Shown: positions 10,227 to 20,892, counted from the stretch's first letter. The stretch is 64,000 bases of DNA from Nitrosopumilus sp. (GCA_965224195.1 OZ245040.1:1024001-1088000), one strand, 5' to 3'. The notes: generated by a model not told the origin, from the sequence alone. Numbers and translations are program-made.

Positions 10227-11099
10227 TTATTCATTAATTTTTTTTAGATATTCTATAATTCCAGTATAATCAATGTCGCCAAATCCTTCCTTGATGGCAT
10301 TTTCATAAACCTCTTCTGCCTTATTGATCATAGGGAGTTCTACTCCAAGTGATTTTGCAGCATTTGTCATGGTGGTGATGTCTTTTTTAAGATTTGAAAG
10401 TGTGAATGTTGTATCATATTTGCCCTCTATCATTTTGTATGCCTTTTTTTCACTCATTCCTGTTTTGAAATAAGTAGAGTTTAAAATTTCTAGAAATATT
10501 TTAGGGTCGACTCCTGATTTTTTTACAAGTGTTATTCCTTCAGATAATGCCAATGCTAACATTGTGATTTGAAGATTCATGGCTAATTTTATCGAATTAG
10601 CAACTCCACTTTCTCCCAAAAAAAACACCTTGTTTGCTATGGTGTCAAACACTTCTTTACAATTTTCAAAATTCTCTTTATTTCCTGATGCCATTAAAAC
10701 TAAATCCCCTGTTATTGCCACATTTGGTCCTCCCATTACTGGAATGTCTAGTTTTGTTATTCCCGAATCGATAAATTGTTTTGAAATATTTTTTGATTCT
10801 GATGGATCAACTGTACTCATATCTGCAACAATTAGGTTTTCATGTTTTCCGTTCACAATTCCATTATTGTCAAATGAAATCTGTTTTACTGCATCTGCAT
10901 CTTTTACTATTATGATTACCAATTCTGAATTTTTTGCCACTTCTTTTGGGGATTCTACAATTGTTGCACCTTTTTCTTTTAATTCCTCTGATTTTTCTTT
11001 TGTTCTATTGTATGCTGTTACTTCATAACCTGAATCAACTAAATGCAATGCCACTGCATTACCTAACATCCCCAATCCTATGATGCCTATTTTTTTCAT
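10227..11099 (-). CDS. 3-hydroxyisobutyrate dehydrogenase / 2-hydroxy-3-oxopropionate reductase family
   Basis: GIIGLGMLG, YNRT, DMSTV, PVMGG and KLAMN. Confidence 0.9.
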   Translation of the reverse strand: MKKIGIIGLGMLGNAVALHLVDSGYEVTAYNRTKEKSEELKEKGATIVESPKEVAKNSELVIIIVKDADAVKQISFDNNGIVNGKHENLIVADMSTVDPSESKNISKQFIDSGITKLDIPVMGGPNVAITGDLVLMASGNKENFENCKEVFDTIANKVFFLGESGVANSIKLAMNLQITMLALALSEGITLVKKSGVDPKIFLEILNSTYFKTGMSEKKAYKMIEGKYDTTFTLSNLKKDITTMTNAAKSLGVELPMINKAEEVYENAIKEGFGDIDYTGIIEYLKKINE

Positions 11100-11123
11100 T
11101 TGTATTCTCCTGATATGATTCCA

Positions 11124-11510
11124 CTAATGTCTCTCTTCATTTTGAATCTCCCAGTGTTTATTTCCAAATCTTGATGCCACAAATTCTAATTGACCTATTG
11201 TTTTGTCTCCTTTTTTGACTTTAGCAAAATCAAATTTCTTCATTTTAATTATTTTCTCTCTTGGTTTGTATCCTCCTTCGATAACTTTCACTTTGAATCT
11301 TTTACTTGCTTTAATGATCATCTTTCTTGCATTCTGAACATTTCCCATCCATGAGAACATTTCAAAGTCTCCAAAATTTTCTGTAGTCACATTATAGCCG
11401 TATAATCTTGCTTCTAGTTTGATGGATTGTGATTTGGCCTGATCATTTAACCACGTGACGACTTCTTCACCGTGTCCTTTTTCTACACCAAATGTTTCTG
11501 AATCTGCCAT
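11124..11510 (-). CDS. Hypothetical protein
   Basis: 128-aa ORF filling the gap, normal composition. Confidence 0.7.
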   Translation of the reverse strand: MADSETFGVEKGHGEEVVTWLNDQAKSQSIKLEARLYGYNVTTENFGDFEMFSWMGNVQNARKMIIKASKRFKVKVIEGGYKPREKIIKMKKFDFAKVKKGDKTIGQLEFVASRFGNKHWEIQNEERH

Positions 11511-11593
11511 ATTATTACACTCATAATATTAAACCATAATAATCATTTCCAAACCCTTGTTAAACTAAAATATCGATTCAATTATGATATTTT

Positions 11594-11965
11594 ATGCTCA
11601 CAATTGACTGCAAAGATGTAGATTCTGTTAAGAATGATTTGCTTGTGTATGTGGCAGATCAAGTGATTGCAATTCCTACTTTAAAAAAACATCAGTTCAC
11701 GTTGTCCTCTTTTGATGATAATGAAATTATTGATACAACTGCAGTAATTTCTGCAATAAAGGAATTTTTAGATTCTATAGATGAGGGAAAGAATTTTGCT
11801 GTAATTTCAAATCATGATGTGATAAATATTACATCTATCTCTGGAAAAGTAATTGAAAATACTGCGCCTCAGTCTAAACATGAAATGTTTTCATGTACAC
11901 ATTGTGGTTATGTGACACAATATCAAGTTGAATTAAATGTTCATATGAAAATCCATTACATCTAA
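11594..11965 (+). CDS. Protein with a C-terminal C2H2 zinc finger
   Basis: CTHC...LNVHMKIH at the C-terminus. Confidence 0.8.
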   Translation: MLTIDCKDVDSVKNDLLVYVADQVIAIPTLKKHQFTLSSFDDNEIIDTTAVISAIKEFLDSIDEGKNFAVISNHDVINITSISGKVIENTAPQSKHEMFSCTHCGYVTQYQVELNVHMKIHYI

Positions 11966-12031
11966 TTATTTCTTATTTTTTCTAGTATCCAACTTTTTTT
12001 AATAACTGGCATTTCTGTAGCCATTGAAAAA

Positions 12032-12253
12032 TTAGTGTGAAAACCTATTTTGATATTCTAAAATGTAATTATTTGCAACTTTGGGGGTGTTGAAATTTGT
12101 CCTAATTCCGTCCATGTCAATTGAATTTCCAAGAACATCATAAATTACAATTTTGTATTGATTATGTTTTACAAAACATCTTGTAGAATACCACAGAATT
12201 CCAAGTGTTATGATAAAAAATCCTGTAATGATTTTATCAATTATTTTTATCAT
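12032..12253 (-). CDS. Hypothetical membrane protein, possibly truncated by a frameshift
   Basis: N-terminal TM. A protein-like continuation (NFSMATEMPVIKKSWILEKIRNN*) lies in another frame down to about 11962. Confidence 0.55.
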   Translation of the reverse strand: MIKIIDKIITGFFIITLGILWYSTRCFVKHNQYKIVIYDVLGNSIDMDGIRTNFNTPKVANNYILEYQNRFSH

Positions 12254-12297
12254 ATGTTGATTTTCAACAGGATCTTTATAAGCACTAATTACTCAAA

Positions 12298-12501
12298 ATG
12301 TTTGTGAAAAAACCTTTGAAGAATAATGTGTCCAAGATTTATTGTGAAAAATGTGATCTAGTTTTAGAATCTCGTGAAAAATTTGATAAACACCTTGAAA
12401 GTCATTCTTCTGGAATTGTATGTGAGGTGTGTCCAATTGATACTGCTATTGCAAAATTTGTGAATTTATTCAAAAGAAAGTCTTCACATAATTTGGAATA
12501 A
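12298..12501 (+). CDS. Small C2H2 zinc-finger protein
   Basis: CEKC...FDKHLESH plus a CEVC motif. Confidence 0.75.
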   Translation: MFVKKPLKNNVSKIYCEKCDLVLESREKFDKHLESHSSGIVCEVCPIDTAIAKFVNLFKRKSSHNLE

Positions 12502-12533
12502 GTTTTTTTAACCAATAATCTATGTTTTGAAAT

Positions 12534-13196
12534 ATGAATAAAATAGGCGTAATTATAGGTGTCATCGTTATTGCAATTATTGCTGGTGTTGTTGCATCAT
12601 TATCTGCATCTTCTTCTGAAACTGTTAATTTGGATATGGGTAGAACACATGGAACAATTTCTACTGCAATGGGTTCTCCAATATTGGGTGACCCTTCAGC
12701 TCCAATTACTATTGTAGAATTTGGTGATTACCAATGTCATCAATGTTACAATTGGTTTCACAATACAAAACCTGCAATAGTTGAAGATTATATTGAAACT
12801 GGAAAAGCAAATCTGGTGTTTGTTGATTTGGCATTTTTAGGACGTGATTCTCCAATAGCAGCTCAGGCATCTTATTGTGCAGAAGACCAAGAAATGTATT
12901 GGGAATATCATGACATTCTTTACAATTTCCAAGATTCTAAAATTGATGGAGGTTGGGCAAACTCTGAAAGACTAAAAGCATTTGCATCTAGCTTGGAACT
13001 TGGTATGGATTTGTTTAACAGTTGTCTTGATTCTGGAAAATATTCTAAACGTGTACAATACAATACTCAACAAGCAAGAGATCATGGTGTAAGGGGAACT
13101 CCTGGATTCTTTATTGTTGGACCTGATGGACAAGAGCAACTTAGTGGTGCACAACCATTCACTGTGTTCAAACAAGTATTGGACAAAATGGCTTAG
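12534..13196 (+). CDS. DsbA/BdbD-family thiol-disulfide oxidoreductase
   Basis: N-terminal anchor, EFGDYQCHQC and GVRGTP. Confidence 0.92.
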   Translation: MNKIGVIIGVIVIAIIAGVVASLSASSSETVNLDMGRTHGTISTAMGSPILGDPSAPITIVEFGDYQCHQCYNWFHNTKPAIVEDYIETGKANLVFVDLAFLGRDSPIAAQASYCAEDQEMYWEYHDILYNFQDSKIDGGWANSERLKAFASSLELGMDLFNSCLDSGKYSKRVQYNTQQARDHGVRGTPGFFIVGPDGQEQLSGAQPFTVFKQVLDKMA

Positions 13197-13682
13197 ATGA
13201 CATCTGCAATCAATCTAGTATTTTTAAATTCAAAATATCTTATCTTATCTATTGTAATTTTTTCAACCATGTTGGTTGGACTGTTAATTCTATCTGAGTA
13301 TATTTTCTTAGAGCCCTATGTTGTTAGTCATATTCCCTCTGGAACTGAATTTGGATTTGTTCTTATTGTTACGATATCTGCTTTATCTGCGCTGGTATTA
13401 CCCATGAACATATTTCGTATCAATATACTAAAAAAATCAAAACAAAAAATGGGTGGAGGTGTTTTTGGTTCAATTATTGGGGCTGCAGCCGGTGCATGTA
13501 GCTGTGGTCCAATAGGGTTTGCTGTGATCTCAACGTTTGGCTCCGTAGGGGCTACGGCAACTGCATTTCTAACCAATTATGAAATTCCAATCCGAATAAT
13601 TGCAATTGGGATACTGGCAATCACTTATTTTACAACGGTAAGATCTTTGAAAATTGAATGTAAATTTGATCCAAATTCGTAA
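13197..13682 (+). CDS. Multi-pass membrane protein with a CSC motif
   Basis: About four hydrophobic helices and GACSCG; abuts dsbA. Confidence 0.75.
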   Translation: MTSAINLVFLNSKYLILSIVIFSTMLVGLLILSEYIFLEPYVVSHIPSGTEFGFVLIVTISALSALVLPMNIFRINILKKSKQKMGGGVFGSIIGAAAGACSCGPIGFAVISTFGSVGATATAFLTNYEIPIRIIAIGILAITYFTTVRSLKIECKFDPNS

Positions 13683-13725
13683 TGTATTAGAAATTACCAA
13701 TTAGGCAAACTTTTGTAACCTTGGA

Positions 13726-13833
13726 ATGTATCTTGCAGTCAATTCAAGTATTCCTATGACAATAATGTATATCCCAATTAGGCCTAGTAGGAGAGATCCA
13801 GAAGCCGATGAAATAGAAGATGCTGAAGACTAG
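13726..13833 (+). CDS. Possible acidic micro-protein
   Basis: MYLAVNSSIPMTIMYIPIRPSRRDPEADEIEDAED*; start may be the ATG at 13756. Confidence 0.35.
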   Translation: MYLAVNSSIPMTIMYIPIRPSRRDPEADEIEDAED

Positions 13834-13912
13834 CATCAACTCCAAATTTCTACATTGATTTGATAAATTTACAAAGTCGAGATATTTATTTACCTTTTTA
13901 GGGTTTAACATA

Positions 13913-14830
13913 ATGCAGAATTGGAATTTAATTTTTGGAATTTTCATAATTTCTAGTCCAATTTTATTTGCAATGATTGCATTTCCAGACTCTATATCTT
14001 TAAGCTGGAATGAAGGGCGAGGTGGTTATTTCTTTGCATTGATCTTTGTTGTTGCTGAATCAATTGGATTAAAGATAGTAATTTCAAAGAAAAAATTACT
14101 TGCTGTGATTCCTCTAGCTTTAGCAACTATTGTTTATCTTGTTTCATTAGAATATGGTTTAAGAGATTACATTATAGAATCTGCAGAACACTTTGATGTA
14201 CAATTAATCTATTCTTGGACTTGGATGTGGGACTTTGTCGTGATGGCGATCTTCATCGTTGTCGCATTGAGTATATTCTTTGGAAAGCGTTGGATTAGAA
14301 TTGCTCCTGCTGGTCCAATATTTCTTACAGGCACTGCAATAATTCTTTCACTTGATGCCTTTTTCCCATATGATACACTTGGTCCATTACAATATGTTGT
14401 TCCATACTTTGTACAAGCAAACGTTTGGATGATCACTGCACTTGATCTTGGAACCGCAGTTGCTAAAGATAATGTAATGTTTTTGCGTGGTGATCATGGC
14501 TCAATGGCACTTCAAGTATTTTGGCCATCAGCTGGTGTTCATAGTATCATAATTTTTTCATTAGTAATTGGAGCATTCATGTTAAAACTAAACATACTGA
14601 GAACTCGCAAAATAATCTACTTTGTTTTAGGAATAATTGGAACAATCATTGTTAATCTGATTCGAATCTTTTCATTATCTTGGTATGCTCTTAAAGTCAC
14701 GACTGATCCTGTTGCTTGGGAGAAATATCACGAAATAGCAGGTGAGATAATGTTCTTGCCGTGGCTGTTTGCGTTTGTTTTGGTAGTAATTCTCATTGAA
14801 TCAAGACGTCTTAAAAAATCTGAAAAATAA
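13913..14830 (+). CDS. artG: Thaumarchaeosortase (archaeosortase/exosortase family)
   Basis: Multi-TM with WPSAGVHS (Ser replaces the family catalytic Cys, a known feature of this subfamily), N..RI and H...GE motifs. Confidence 0.88.
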   Translation: MQNWNLIFGIFIISSPILFAMIAFPDSISLSWNEGRGGYFFALIFVVAESIGLKIVISKKKLLAVIPLALATIVYLVSLEYGLRDYIIESAEHFDVQLIYSWTWMWDFVVMAIFIVVALSIFFGKRWIRIAPAGPIFLTGTAIILSLDAFFPYDTLGPLQYVVPYFVQANVWMITALDLGTAVAKDNVMFLRGDHGSMALQVFWPSAGVHSIIIFSLVIGAFMLKLNILRTRKIIYFVLGIIGTIIVNLIRIFSLSWYALKVTTDPVAWEKYHEIAGEIMFLPWLFAFVLVVILIESRRLKKSEK

Positions 14831-14838
14831 TACTATTT

Positions 14839-15933
14839 CTAAAAATAAGAAGTAATGTCACTTTGCCCTTGAATTTCTGAAAGTTCTGAGATTTTAACCC
14901 CTAGTCTTCTAATGGTGATGCTCTGATTTTCTAGTGCTTCTTTTAATAATTGGTCTGATATTTTTTCTAATTCTTCAATACTTGCAGTGGGACTTCTCAG
15001 CATTCTTGATTTTGATTTGTTTGATAAATCTGATTGTACAAAATGTATTCCAACTGATTTGAACATTTGATTATTTTTTTTAACTACTTCGTGTACCTCT
15101 TTACAAAGTTCTTTGATATTTTCAGATAAGAATTGATAATCTTTGGAATCTTGTTTTAATGTTGTAATTTTACTATATTGTATTCGTGCTTCACGTTTTT
15201 TTACTGGCTCATTATCTATTCCTCTAACTGCATTGTAGATATATGCCCCAGTCTTTCTTCCAAATTCTTTATTTAATGTAAAAATATCTATTTTTTTTAA
15301 ATCTTGAATTGTTTCTAAACTCATTTCTAAAAATCGTTCTTCAGTTTTTTTACCAATACCTGGTATGGATCTAATTTTCAATTGATCTAAAAATGTTTCA
15401 ACTTTTTCTGGAGATACTGTGGTTAAACCATCTGGTTTTTGAAAGTCTGATGCTATTTTTGAAATTAATTTATTTGGAGAAATCCCTATTGAACAACTGA
15501 GTTTTATTTTATCTCTAATGGAATTTTTTATTTGTTGTGCCAGGTGATTTGCTTTCTCAAAACTTCTTTCAACTCTCTCTGTGACATCTAGATAGGCTTC
15601 ATCTCTACCTACATATTCAAAAATATCTGCGCTTTCTTTCATTATTTCCATTGCTTTTTCTGAAACTTCAGTATAGAAATCAAAGTCCACCGGTATGAAC
15701 ACTGCATCATTTCTTTCTTCAAGTCTTTTTTTTGCAAATGCAATTGGAATTCCTGATTTAACTCCATACTTCCTAGCTGTGTAATTTGCTGTAGCAATTG
15801 CACCACTATCTCCACCTCTATCTGAATAAACACAAACACACACTGGCTTTGATTTTAGTTCTGGAGATCTGGTTTCTTCACATTGGGCATAAAAATAATC
15901 AAAATCTATGTGGAAAACTATTCTTGTTTCCAA
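14839..15933 (-). CDS. dinB: Y-family DNA polymerase IV
   Basis: HIDFDYFYAQ, ANYTARKYGV.SG, DEAYLD, KPDG and IPGIG. Confidence 0.95.
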   Translation of the reverse strand: METRIVFHIDFDYFYAQCEETRSPELKSKPVCVCVYSDRGGDSGAIATANYTARKYGVKSGIPIAFAKKRLEERNDAVFIPVDFDFYTEVSEKAMEIMKESADIFEYVGRDEAYLDVTERVERSFEKANHLAQQIKNSIRDKIKLSCSIGISPNKLISKIASDFQKPDGLTTVSPEKVETFLDQLKIRSIPGIGKKTEERFLEMSLETIQDLKKIDIFTLNKEFGRKTGAYIYNAVRGIDNEPVKKREARIQYSKITTLKQDSKDYQFLSENIKELCKEVHEVVKKNNQMFKSVGIHFVQSDLSNKSKSRMLRSPTASIEELEKISDQLLKEALENQSITIRRLGVKISELSEIQGQSDITSYF

Positions 15934-16006
15934 TAATTTGATAAAGCGTTTTGATTATTACTATATTGTGTATTCATCTAAATATTGATGAAAGAATAGT
16001 ATTATC

Positions 16007-16255
16007 ATGGAATATCCCGTCTCAGTAGATGAAAATGGTGTCAAGTTTAAACCTGAAAAAATGGAAAAGGAAAAACTCTATCATTGTATCTTCAAAAACA
16101 AGGCAATGTTGGTATTCAAGGATTCTCAAGATGTCATGAATTGCTATGAAATTGAAGAACCTGATTTAGTTGAACAAATTAGCAAATGTGATAGTGATGA
16201 CGATCTTGAAAAATTATTTGAGGACTATTTACAAGGAAAACACCTGAAAAATTAA
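16007..16255 (+). CDS. Hypothetical protein
   Basis: 82-aa ORF with ordinary composition. Confidence 0.7.
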   Translation: MEYPVSVDENGVKFKPEKMEKEKLYHCIFKNKAMLVFKDSQDVMNCYEIEEPDLVEQISKCDSDDDLEKLFEDYLQGKHLKN

Positions 16256-16296
16256 ATAAAAGCGAGAGAGAAATTCGGTATAACAGGAATTTAAAA

Positions 16297-17112
16297 TTGA
16301 GCAGTAATAAAAAATCAAAAGACGCAGAAGACATCTTATCAGAATTTGGTTCTAGGGTTAAATCAGAACCTGAACCGACATCAGAACCTGAACCGACACC
16401 AGAACCTGAACCGACACCAGAACCTGAACCGACACCAGAACCTGAACCGACACCAGAACCTGAACCGACACCAGAACCTGAACCGACACCAGAACCTGAA
16501 CCGACACCAGAACCTGAACCGACACCAGAACCTGAACCGACACCAGAACCTGAACCGACACCAGAACCTGAACCGACACCAGAACCTGAACCGACACCAG
16601 AACCTGAACCGACACCAGAACCTGAACCGACACCAGAACCTGAACCGACACCAGAACCTGAACCGACACCAGAACCTGAACCGACACCAGAACCTGAACC
16701 GACACCAGAACCTGAACCAACACCAGAACCTGAACCAACACCAGAACCTGAACCAACACCAGAACCTGAACCAACACCAGAACCTGAACCAACACCAGAA
16801 CAAAGTTCAAGCAAAACTACAGATTCTCCTAAAGTTCACGAAGAACGTGATGTAATTTTTGTTGGTACAAAACCAATTATGACTTATGTTTCTGCAACAC
16901 TAACTCAACTTTCAACTAGATCCGTTGTTACTATCAAAGCAAGAGGTAAACGAATTACACAAGCTGTTGATGTTTCACAAATGATTGTAAAGCGAATGGA
17001 TTCAGTTGGATATGTAATTAGTGATGTTAGGATTTCATCTGATTCTTTAACTTCTCAAGATGGAAAACAACGTAATGTTTCCACAATGGAAATTGATATT
17101 TCAAAAAACTAG
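16297..17112 (+). CDS. alba: Alba-family nucleic-acid-binding protein with a long PEPEPT-repeat N-terminal extension
   Basis: C-terminal Alba domain ([34 protein letters not shown]). Confidence 0.9.
   Translation: MSSNKKSKDAEDILSEFGSRVKSEPEPTSEPEPTPEPEPTPEPEPTPEPEPTPEPEPTPEPEPTPEPEPTPEPEPTPEPEPTPEPEPTPEPEPTPEPEPTPEPEPTPEPEPTPEPEPTPEPEPTPEPEPTPEPEPTPEPEPTPEPEPTPEPEPTPEPEPTPEPEPTPEQSSSKTTDSPKVHEERDVIFVGTKPIMTYVSATLTQLSTRSVVTIKARGKRITQAVDVSQMIVKRMDSVGYVISDVRISSDSLTSQDGKQRNVSTMEIDISKN
16363..16800 (+). repeat. 18-bp tandem repeat, about 24 copies (CCAGAACCTGAACCGACA = PEPEPT)
   Basis: Directly visible. The first two units start TCA and the last five end CCAACA. Confidence 0.98.
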
Positions 17113-17332
17113 AATAAAAAATTTAACAATAATTCTATTTGTTGTGTTATTTGTAATATTAGTAATTGGATTTATGGATGATTCTTGTAGTGTAGATAAT
17201 TTTATAATTACAAATGAAATTTCATCTTATGAAAAATCTTTAGATCCAGAACAATGTGAAAATATCCTTGATCAAATTTATTTTTATAATGATATGTGTG
17301 CATCACAAATAGAAATTTTAGATTGTGGTTAA
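17060..17332 (+). CDS. Small membrane-anchored Cys-containing protein (start uncertain)
   Basis: [17 protein letters not shown] followed by 4 Cys. Confidence 0.55.
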   Translation: MENNVMFPQWKLIFQKTRIKNLTIILFVVLFVILVIGFMDDSCSVDNFIITNEISSYEKSLDPEQCENILDQIYFYNDMCASQIEILDCG

Positions 17333-17949
17333 GCTAAAATATCTAGTAAAAATGTAATTCCAAAATAAACTAGTAATGAACTCAATCCAAGCATTATGAC
17401 TTTGTAGTTTCTATTTGATAATATTCGTGAGCTTTTGGATGCAAGAAATGAAATTCCCCCTAACCACACGTAATCCATCCATATGTGTAGGAAAAATACA
17501 ATTAGTATGCCCGAAAATGCCCAAATTAACATTGCATCTGAAATTAGTTTGAATCCAATAGTTAACCACCAAATAATAAAAAATGGATTCAATGCACTAA
17601 GAGCAATTCCTGTAACTAATGGGCCATGTTTTGGAATTGATGTAATGTTTTTGTTATTTTGTAATACATTTTTGATTTGAATAAATGCAAAAACAAAAAG
17701 CGTAATTGCTCCAACAATGGAAATTATTGTTCTAAATTCTGGAAATGATTCTAAAGAAAAAACTCCTATTCCTAACAAAATGACTAAAGGAAACTCTACA
17801 ATTGTATGGCCTACTGCCATTTTGATACCCGACTTTGTTCCTTCTCGTAATCCATATGATATATTTGCAGCAAATAGTGGTCCTGGTGCCATGACTCCTG
17901 ATGCTGAAATTATAATTACAATAATTGCAAATTCAAAAATCTGAGTCAT
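17329..17949 (-). CDS. LysE-family transporter
   Basis: SGVMAPGP, GH..VE and NPFFIIWW. Confidence 0.9.
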   Translation of the reverse strand: MTQIFEFAIIVIIISASGVMAPGPLFAANISYGLREGTKSGIKMAVGHTIVEFPLVILLGIGVFSLESFPEFRTIISIVGAITLFVFAFIQIKNVLQNNKNITSIPKHGPLVTGIALSALNPFFIIWWLTIGFKLISDAMLIWAFSGILIVFFLHIWMDYVWLGGISFLASKSSRILSNRNYKVIMLGLSSLLVYFGITFLLDILA

Positions 17950-17994
17950 TCCTTTTTCAATTATTCATTTCTGAAATAAATTTGATGATATTTT

Positions 17995-18708
17995 TTATCT
18001 ATACATGAAATCTTTGAGATGTTTTGACTCTTCTTGTGCTTCCTTGATTACCATTTCTGCTTTTTCTGCCTCTTTTTGCAGTGATGGAATGTCACAAGAT
18101 GCACCTGGAATTAATTTTGACATTGCCATGCATAGATTTGCACTTGATTTGAAATCTGGTCCTTCCCCTTTTGTATGGAAAATTATTACAATGACATCTT
18201 GATTTGACATACTTCCTTCGTTTAATAACATCCCTGGAATACCTGGGATAGTTCCGTGATCTAAAACTTTGAGACCTGCTTCCTTTATTTTGTTAATTGC
18301 AGAATCTGTACTTCCAATACCAATCATCTCCTCATCACCATTTGGTGACTTTATTGCAACGCTGCTGACAATTAATTTTATTTTGTGTTTTTTTGCCCAT
18401 GATAACATTGTTTTTGCAGTTATTCTATGCAGTGATTGATCTAAAGTTAGATATGATAAAAATATCCCTACTTTCAATTCTTCATTTACAAAAATTCTTG
18501 TTGGAAAATTTGGTTTTCCATTTTTAACTACACTAATTGGAGGAAATGCTTCTGAATCAATTACTCCTCCCAGTTCAAATTGTGATGTGTGAATCATTGA
18601 TTCAGTTGCAATGGCGCTGGTAAATCCTACTGAAGGAAATCCGTCTATTAGATAACCTTCTTCTAAATTTAATTTTTTAATCTCTCTAATTCTAATTTTA
18701 GGAACCAA
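17995..18708 (-). CDS. PAC2-family proteasome assembly chaperone
   Basis: LIDGFPSVG, FPP, P.RIF and GPD...S. Confidence 0.85.
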   Translation of the reverse strand: MVPKIRIREIKKLNLEEGYLIDGFPSVGFTSAIATESMIHTSQFELGGVIDSEAFPPISVVKNGKPNFPTRIFVNEELKVGIFLSYLTLDQSLHRITAKTMLSWAKKHKIKLIVSSVAIKSPNGDEEMIGIGSTDSAINKIKEAGLKVLDHGTIPGIPGMLLNEGSMSNQDVIVIIFHTKGEGPDFKSSANLCMAMSKLIPGASCDIPSLQKEAEKAEMVIKEAQEESKHLKDFMYR

Positions 18709-18750
18709 TGAATATTTTATGTATTGATCAAATAATAGCTTTTATCTAAT

Positions 18751-19692
18751 TTATTTTTTCAATTTTAAAAGTAATGCGGCATAAATGAATGGTAAAATTG
18801 TTGTTACTTCTGCATGAAGTGTTGATTGTTTTGCTATCTGTGTAACTTTTCCCCATGAAATTGCTTCTCGTACAAGTGCACCGCTTAGACTTCCATCAAA
18901 TTCTTGTGCCGTAGTGATGTAAAATGCATAGTCTAACCCTTCCCTGTATTGATTCCACCATAATGTGTGGTGTTTTGAAATTCCACCTCCAATCATGAAT
19001 GCTCCTGATTTTTCTGCTTTGAAAATTAATCCTGATAACAAATTTGCGTCTCCTACTATGTTTAATTTAAAATCAGCATGTTTCTGCGTAAATAACCAAA
19101 TTTGACTTCCGACTGCTCCATCCATAATTCCTGGAACTACTACGTCAATGTCATTTTTGTAGGCCCAGTATAGAAAAGAGTCCTCGCCAAGATGCTTTCC
19201 AATCATTTTACAAATTTCAGCTGTACTCATCTCTTTGTTTCCTTTTTGGTATTCTTCTTCTAAGAAACTTTGAATCTTTTCTTCAATTAGTGGTCCGTAA
19301 CTATCCATTGGTACTAGGACATTTCCTAATCTGTGAATGTTTTGATTTGCCAGTTCCATATCATCCATTGTGAAGGAACCTTCTTTGTAATGTGAAAAGT
19401 GTCTAGCAATATCATGATCTAATGCACCACATGTTGTAATTGCCACATCAAACCATTTGTTTTTTATCATATCTTTTATGATTCCTCTTAATCCTGTAGA
19501 TACGACCGCACCGACAAATGAAACAAACCTTAGACATTGTTTATCTGAAATCATCTCTGTTAAAATCTCCAATCCGCCTGATAGGTTTACTGACTCAAAT
19601 CCTCCTGATTGAGACAGCTCTTCAAAAATTTTTTCTATTGACATGTTTGAATCAATTTGAATATCTTTTACTGGACGGCCCGGATTTATCAT
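18751..19692 (-). CDS. dys: Deoxyhypusine synthase
   Basis: STGLR, RLGNV, GGGISKH and DGSLSGA..EAISWGK. Confidence 0.96.
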   Translation of the reverse strand: MINPGRPVKDIQIDSNMSIEKIFEELSQSGGFESVNLSGGLEILTEMISDKQCLRFVSFVGAVVSTGLRGIIKDMIKNKWFDVAITTCGALDHDIARHFSHYKEGSFTMDDMELANQNIHRLGNVLVPMDSYGPLIEEKIQSFLEEEYQKGNKEMSTAEICKMIGKHLGEDSFLYWAYKNDIDVVVPGIMDGAVGSQIWLFTQKHADFKLNIVGDANLLSGLIFKAEKSGAFMIGGGISKHHTLWWNQYREGLDYAFYITTAQEFDGSLSGALVREAISWGKVTQIAKQSTLHAEVTTILPFIYAALLLKLKK

Positions 19693-19797
19693 GATTATAC
19701 TGTATGTCTGTACTGAATATAAAATTCTGCCTTTGATGTATGGTTTTTTTCAATTGACTAGGGAAACTTTAAACCTCCCCCAAATAATGAATTTTAA

Positions 19798-20892
19798 ATG
19801 ACTGATAGAATTAAAGTTGGTTTAGTTGGTATTGGTAATTGTTTTTCAGGTTTAATTCAAGGAATTGAATATTATAGAAAAAACCCTTCTCAAGAAGTAA
19901 CGGGTATTATTCATGATAAACTAGCCGGATATGGGATTCATGACATTGACTTTGTTTGTGGATTTGATGTTGGTGAAAATAAAGTTGGTAAACTATTGCA
20001 TGAGGCAATTTATGAATATCCGAACATGGTTGATTGGATTGCAAAAGACGATTTACCAAAAAATGACGCTTTAGTTTATGAAAGTCCTGTTTTAGATGGA
20101 GTAGGTGTTTGGGTTGAAAATAGAATCAAGCCTATTGTTAGCACAAAAACAACTGAACAAATCGCTGAAGAGGTAAAAAAAGTTATCAAAGAAAAGGGAG
20201 TTGAAATCATTGTATCTTATTTGCCAGTTGGTTCTGATATGGTAACTGAATTCTGGGCTCAAATTTGTTTAGATACCAAGACTGCATTTGTAAATTGTAT
20301 TCCATCTTTTATTGCATCAGATGAGAAATGGGCTAAAAAGTTTGAAGATGCAAATGTTCCTTGTATTGGAGATGACATTAAAGGACAAGTTGGTGCTACT
20401 ATTGTACATCGAACTTTGGCTAAACTTTGTAGTGATAGGGGAACAAAAATTGAAAAAACATATCAAATCAATGTTGGAGGTAATACTGATTTCTTAAACA
20501 TGAAAGAACAAGACCGATTGGCATCTAAGAGAATTTCTAAGACTGAAAGTGTTCAGAGTCAACTAAAGGAAAGATTAGATGATGATCAAATCTATGTTGG
20601 TCCTTCAGACTTTATTCCGTTCTTAGGTAATACTAAACTAATGTTTATGAGAATTGAAGGTAGACAATGGGCAAATATTCCATATAATATGGAAGTACGT
20701 TTAGAAGTTGATGATAAAGCAAATTCTGCTGGTATTGTAATTGATGCAATCCGATTAGCAAGAATTGCTCTTGATAGGGGTGTTGGTGGTCCAATCAAAC
20801 CTGCCAGTGCATACTTGATGAAGCATCCTATAGAGCAAACCTCTGATGTTTTAGCAAAAGCTGCATGTGAAAAATTTGTTACAGGTGACTAG
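19798..20892 (+). CDS. ino1: Myo-inositol-1-phosphate synthase
   Basis: GIGNC, GDDIKGQVGAT, NVGGNTDF, KRISKT and DKANSAG. Confidence 0.96.
   Translation: MTDRIKVGLVGIGNCFSGLIQGIEYYRKNPSQEVTGIIHDKLAGYGIHDIDFVCGFDVGENKVGKLLHEAIYEYPNMVDWIAKDDLPKNDALVYESPVLDGVGVWVENRIKPIVSTKTTEQIAEEVKKVIKEKGVEIIVSYLPVGSDMVTEFWAQICLDTKTAFVNCIPSFIASDEKWAKKFEDANVPCIGDDIKGQVGATIVHRTLAKLCSDRGTKIEKTYQINVGGNTDFLNMKEQDRLASKRISKTESVQSQLKERLDDDQIYVGPSDFIPFLGNTKLMFMRIEGRQWANIPYNMEVRLEVDDKANSAGIVIDAIRLARIALDRGVGGPIKPASAYLMKHPIEQTSDVLAKAACEKFVTGD

Noticed and set aside
13913-14830. Inactive sortase because the catalytic Cys is replaced by Ser
   Set aside because: Ser at this position is the known hallmark of thaumarchaeosortases, not a lesion.
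16363-16800. CRISPR array
   Set aside because: Contiguous tandem units with no spacers, and no cas genes in the window.
16179-16855. Long alternative-frame ORFs (GSGVGS, HQNLNR, VSVQVL and CRFRFW repeats)
   Set aside because: Shadows of the stop-free 18-bp repeat; only the PEPEPT frame joins the Alba domain.
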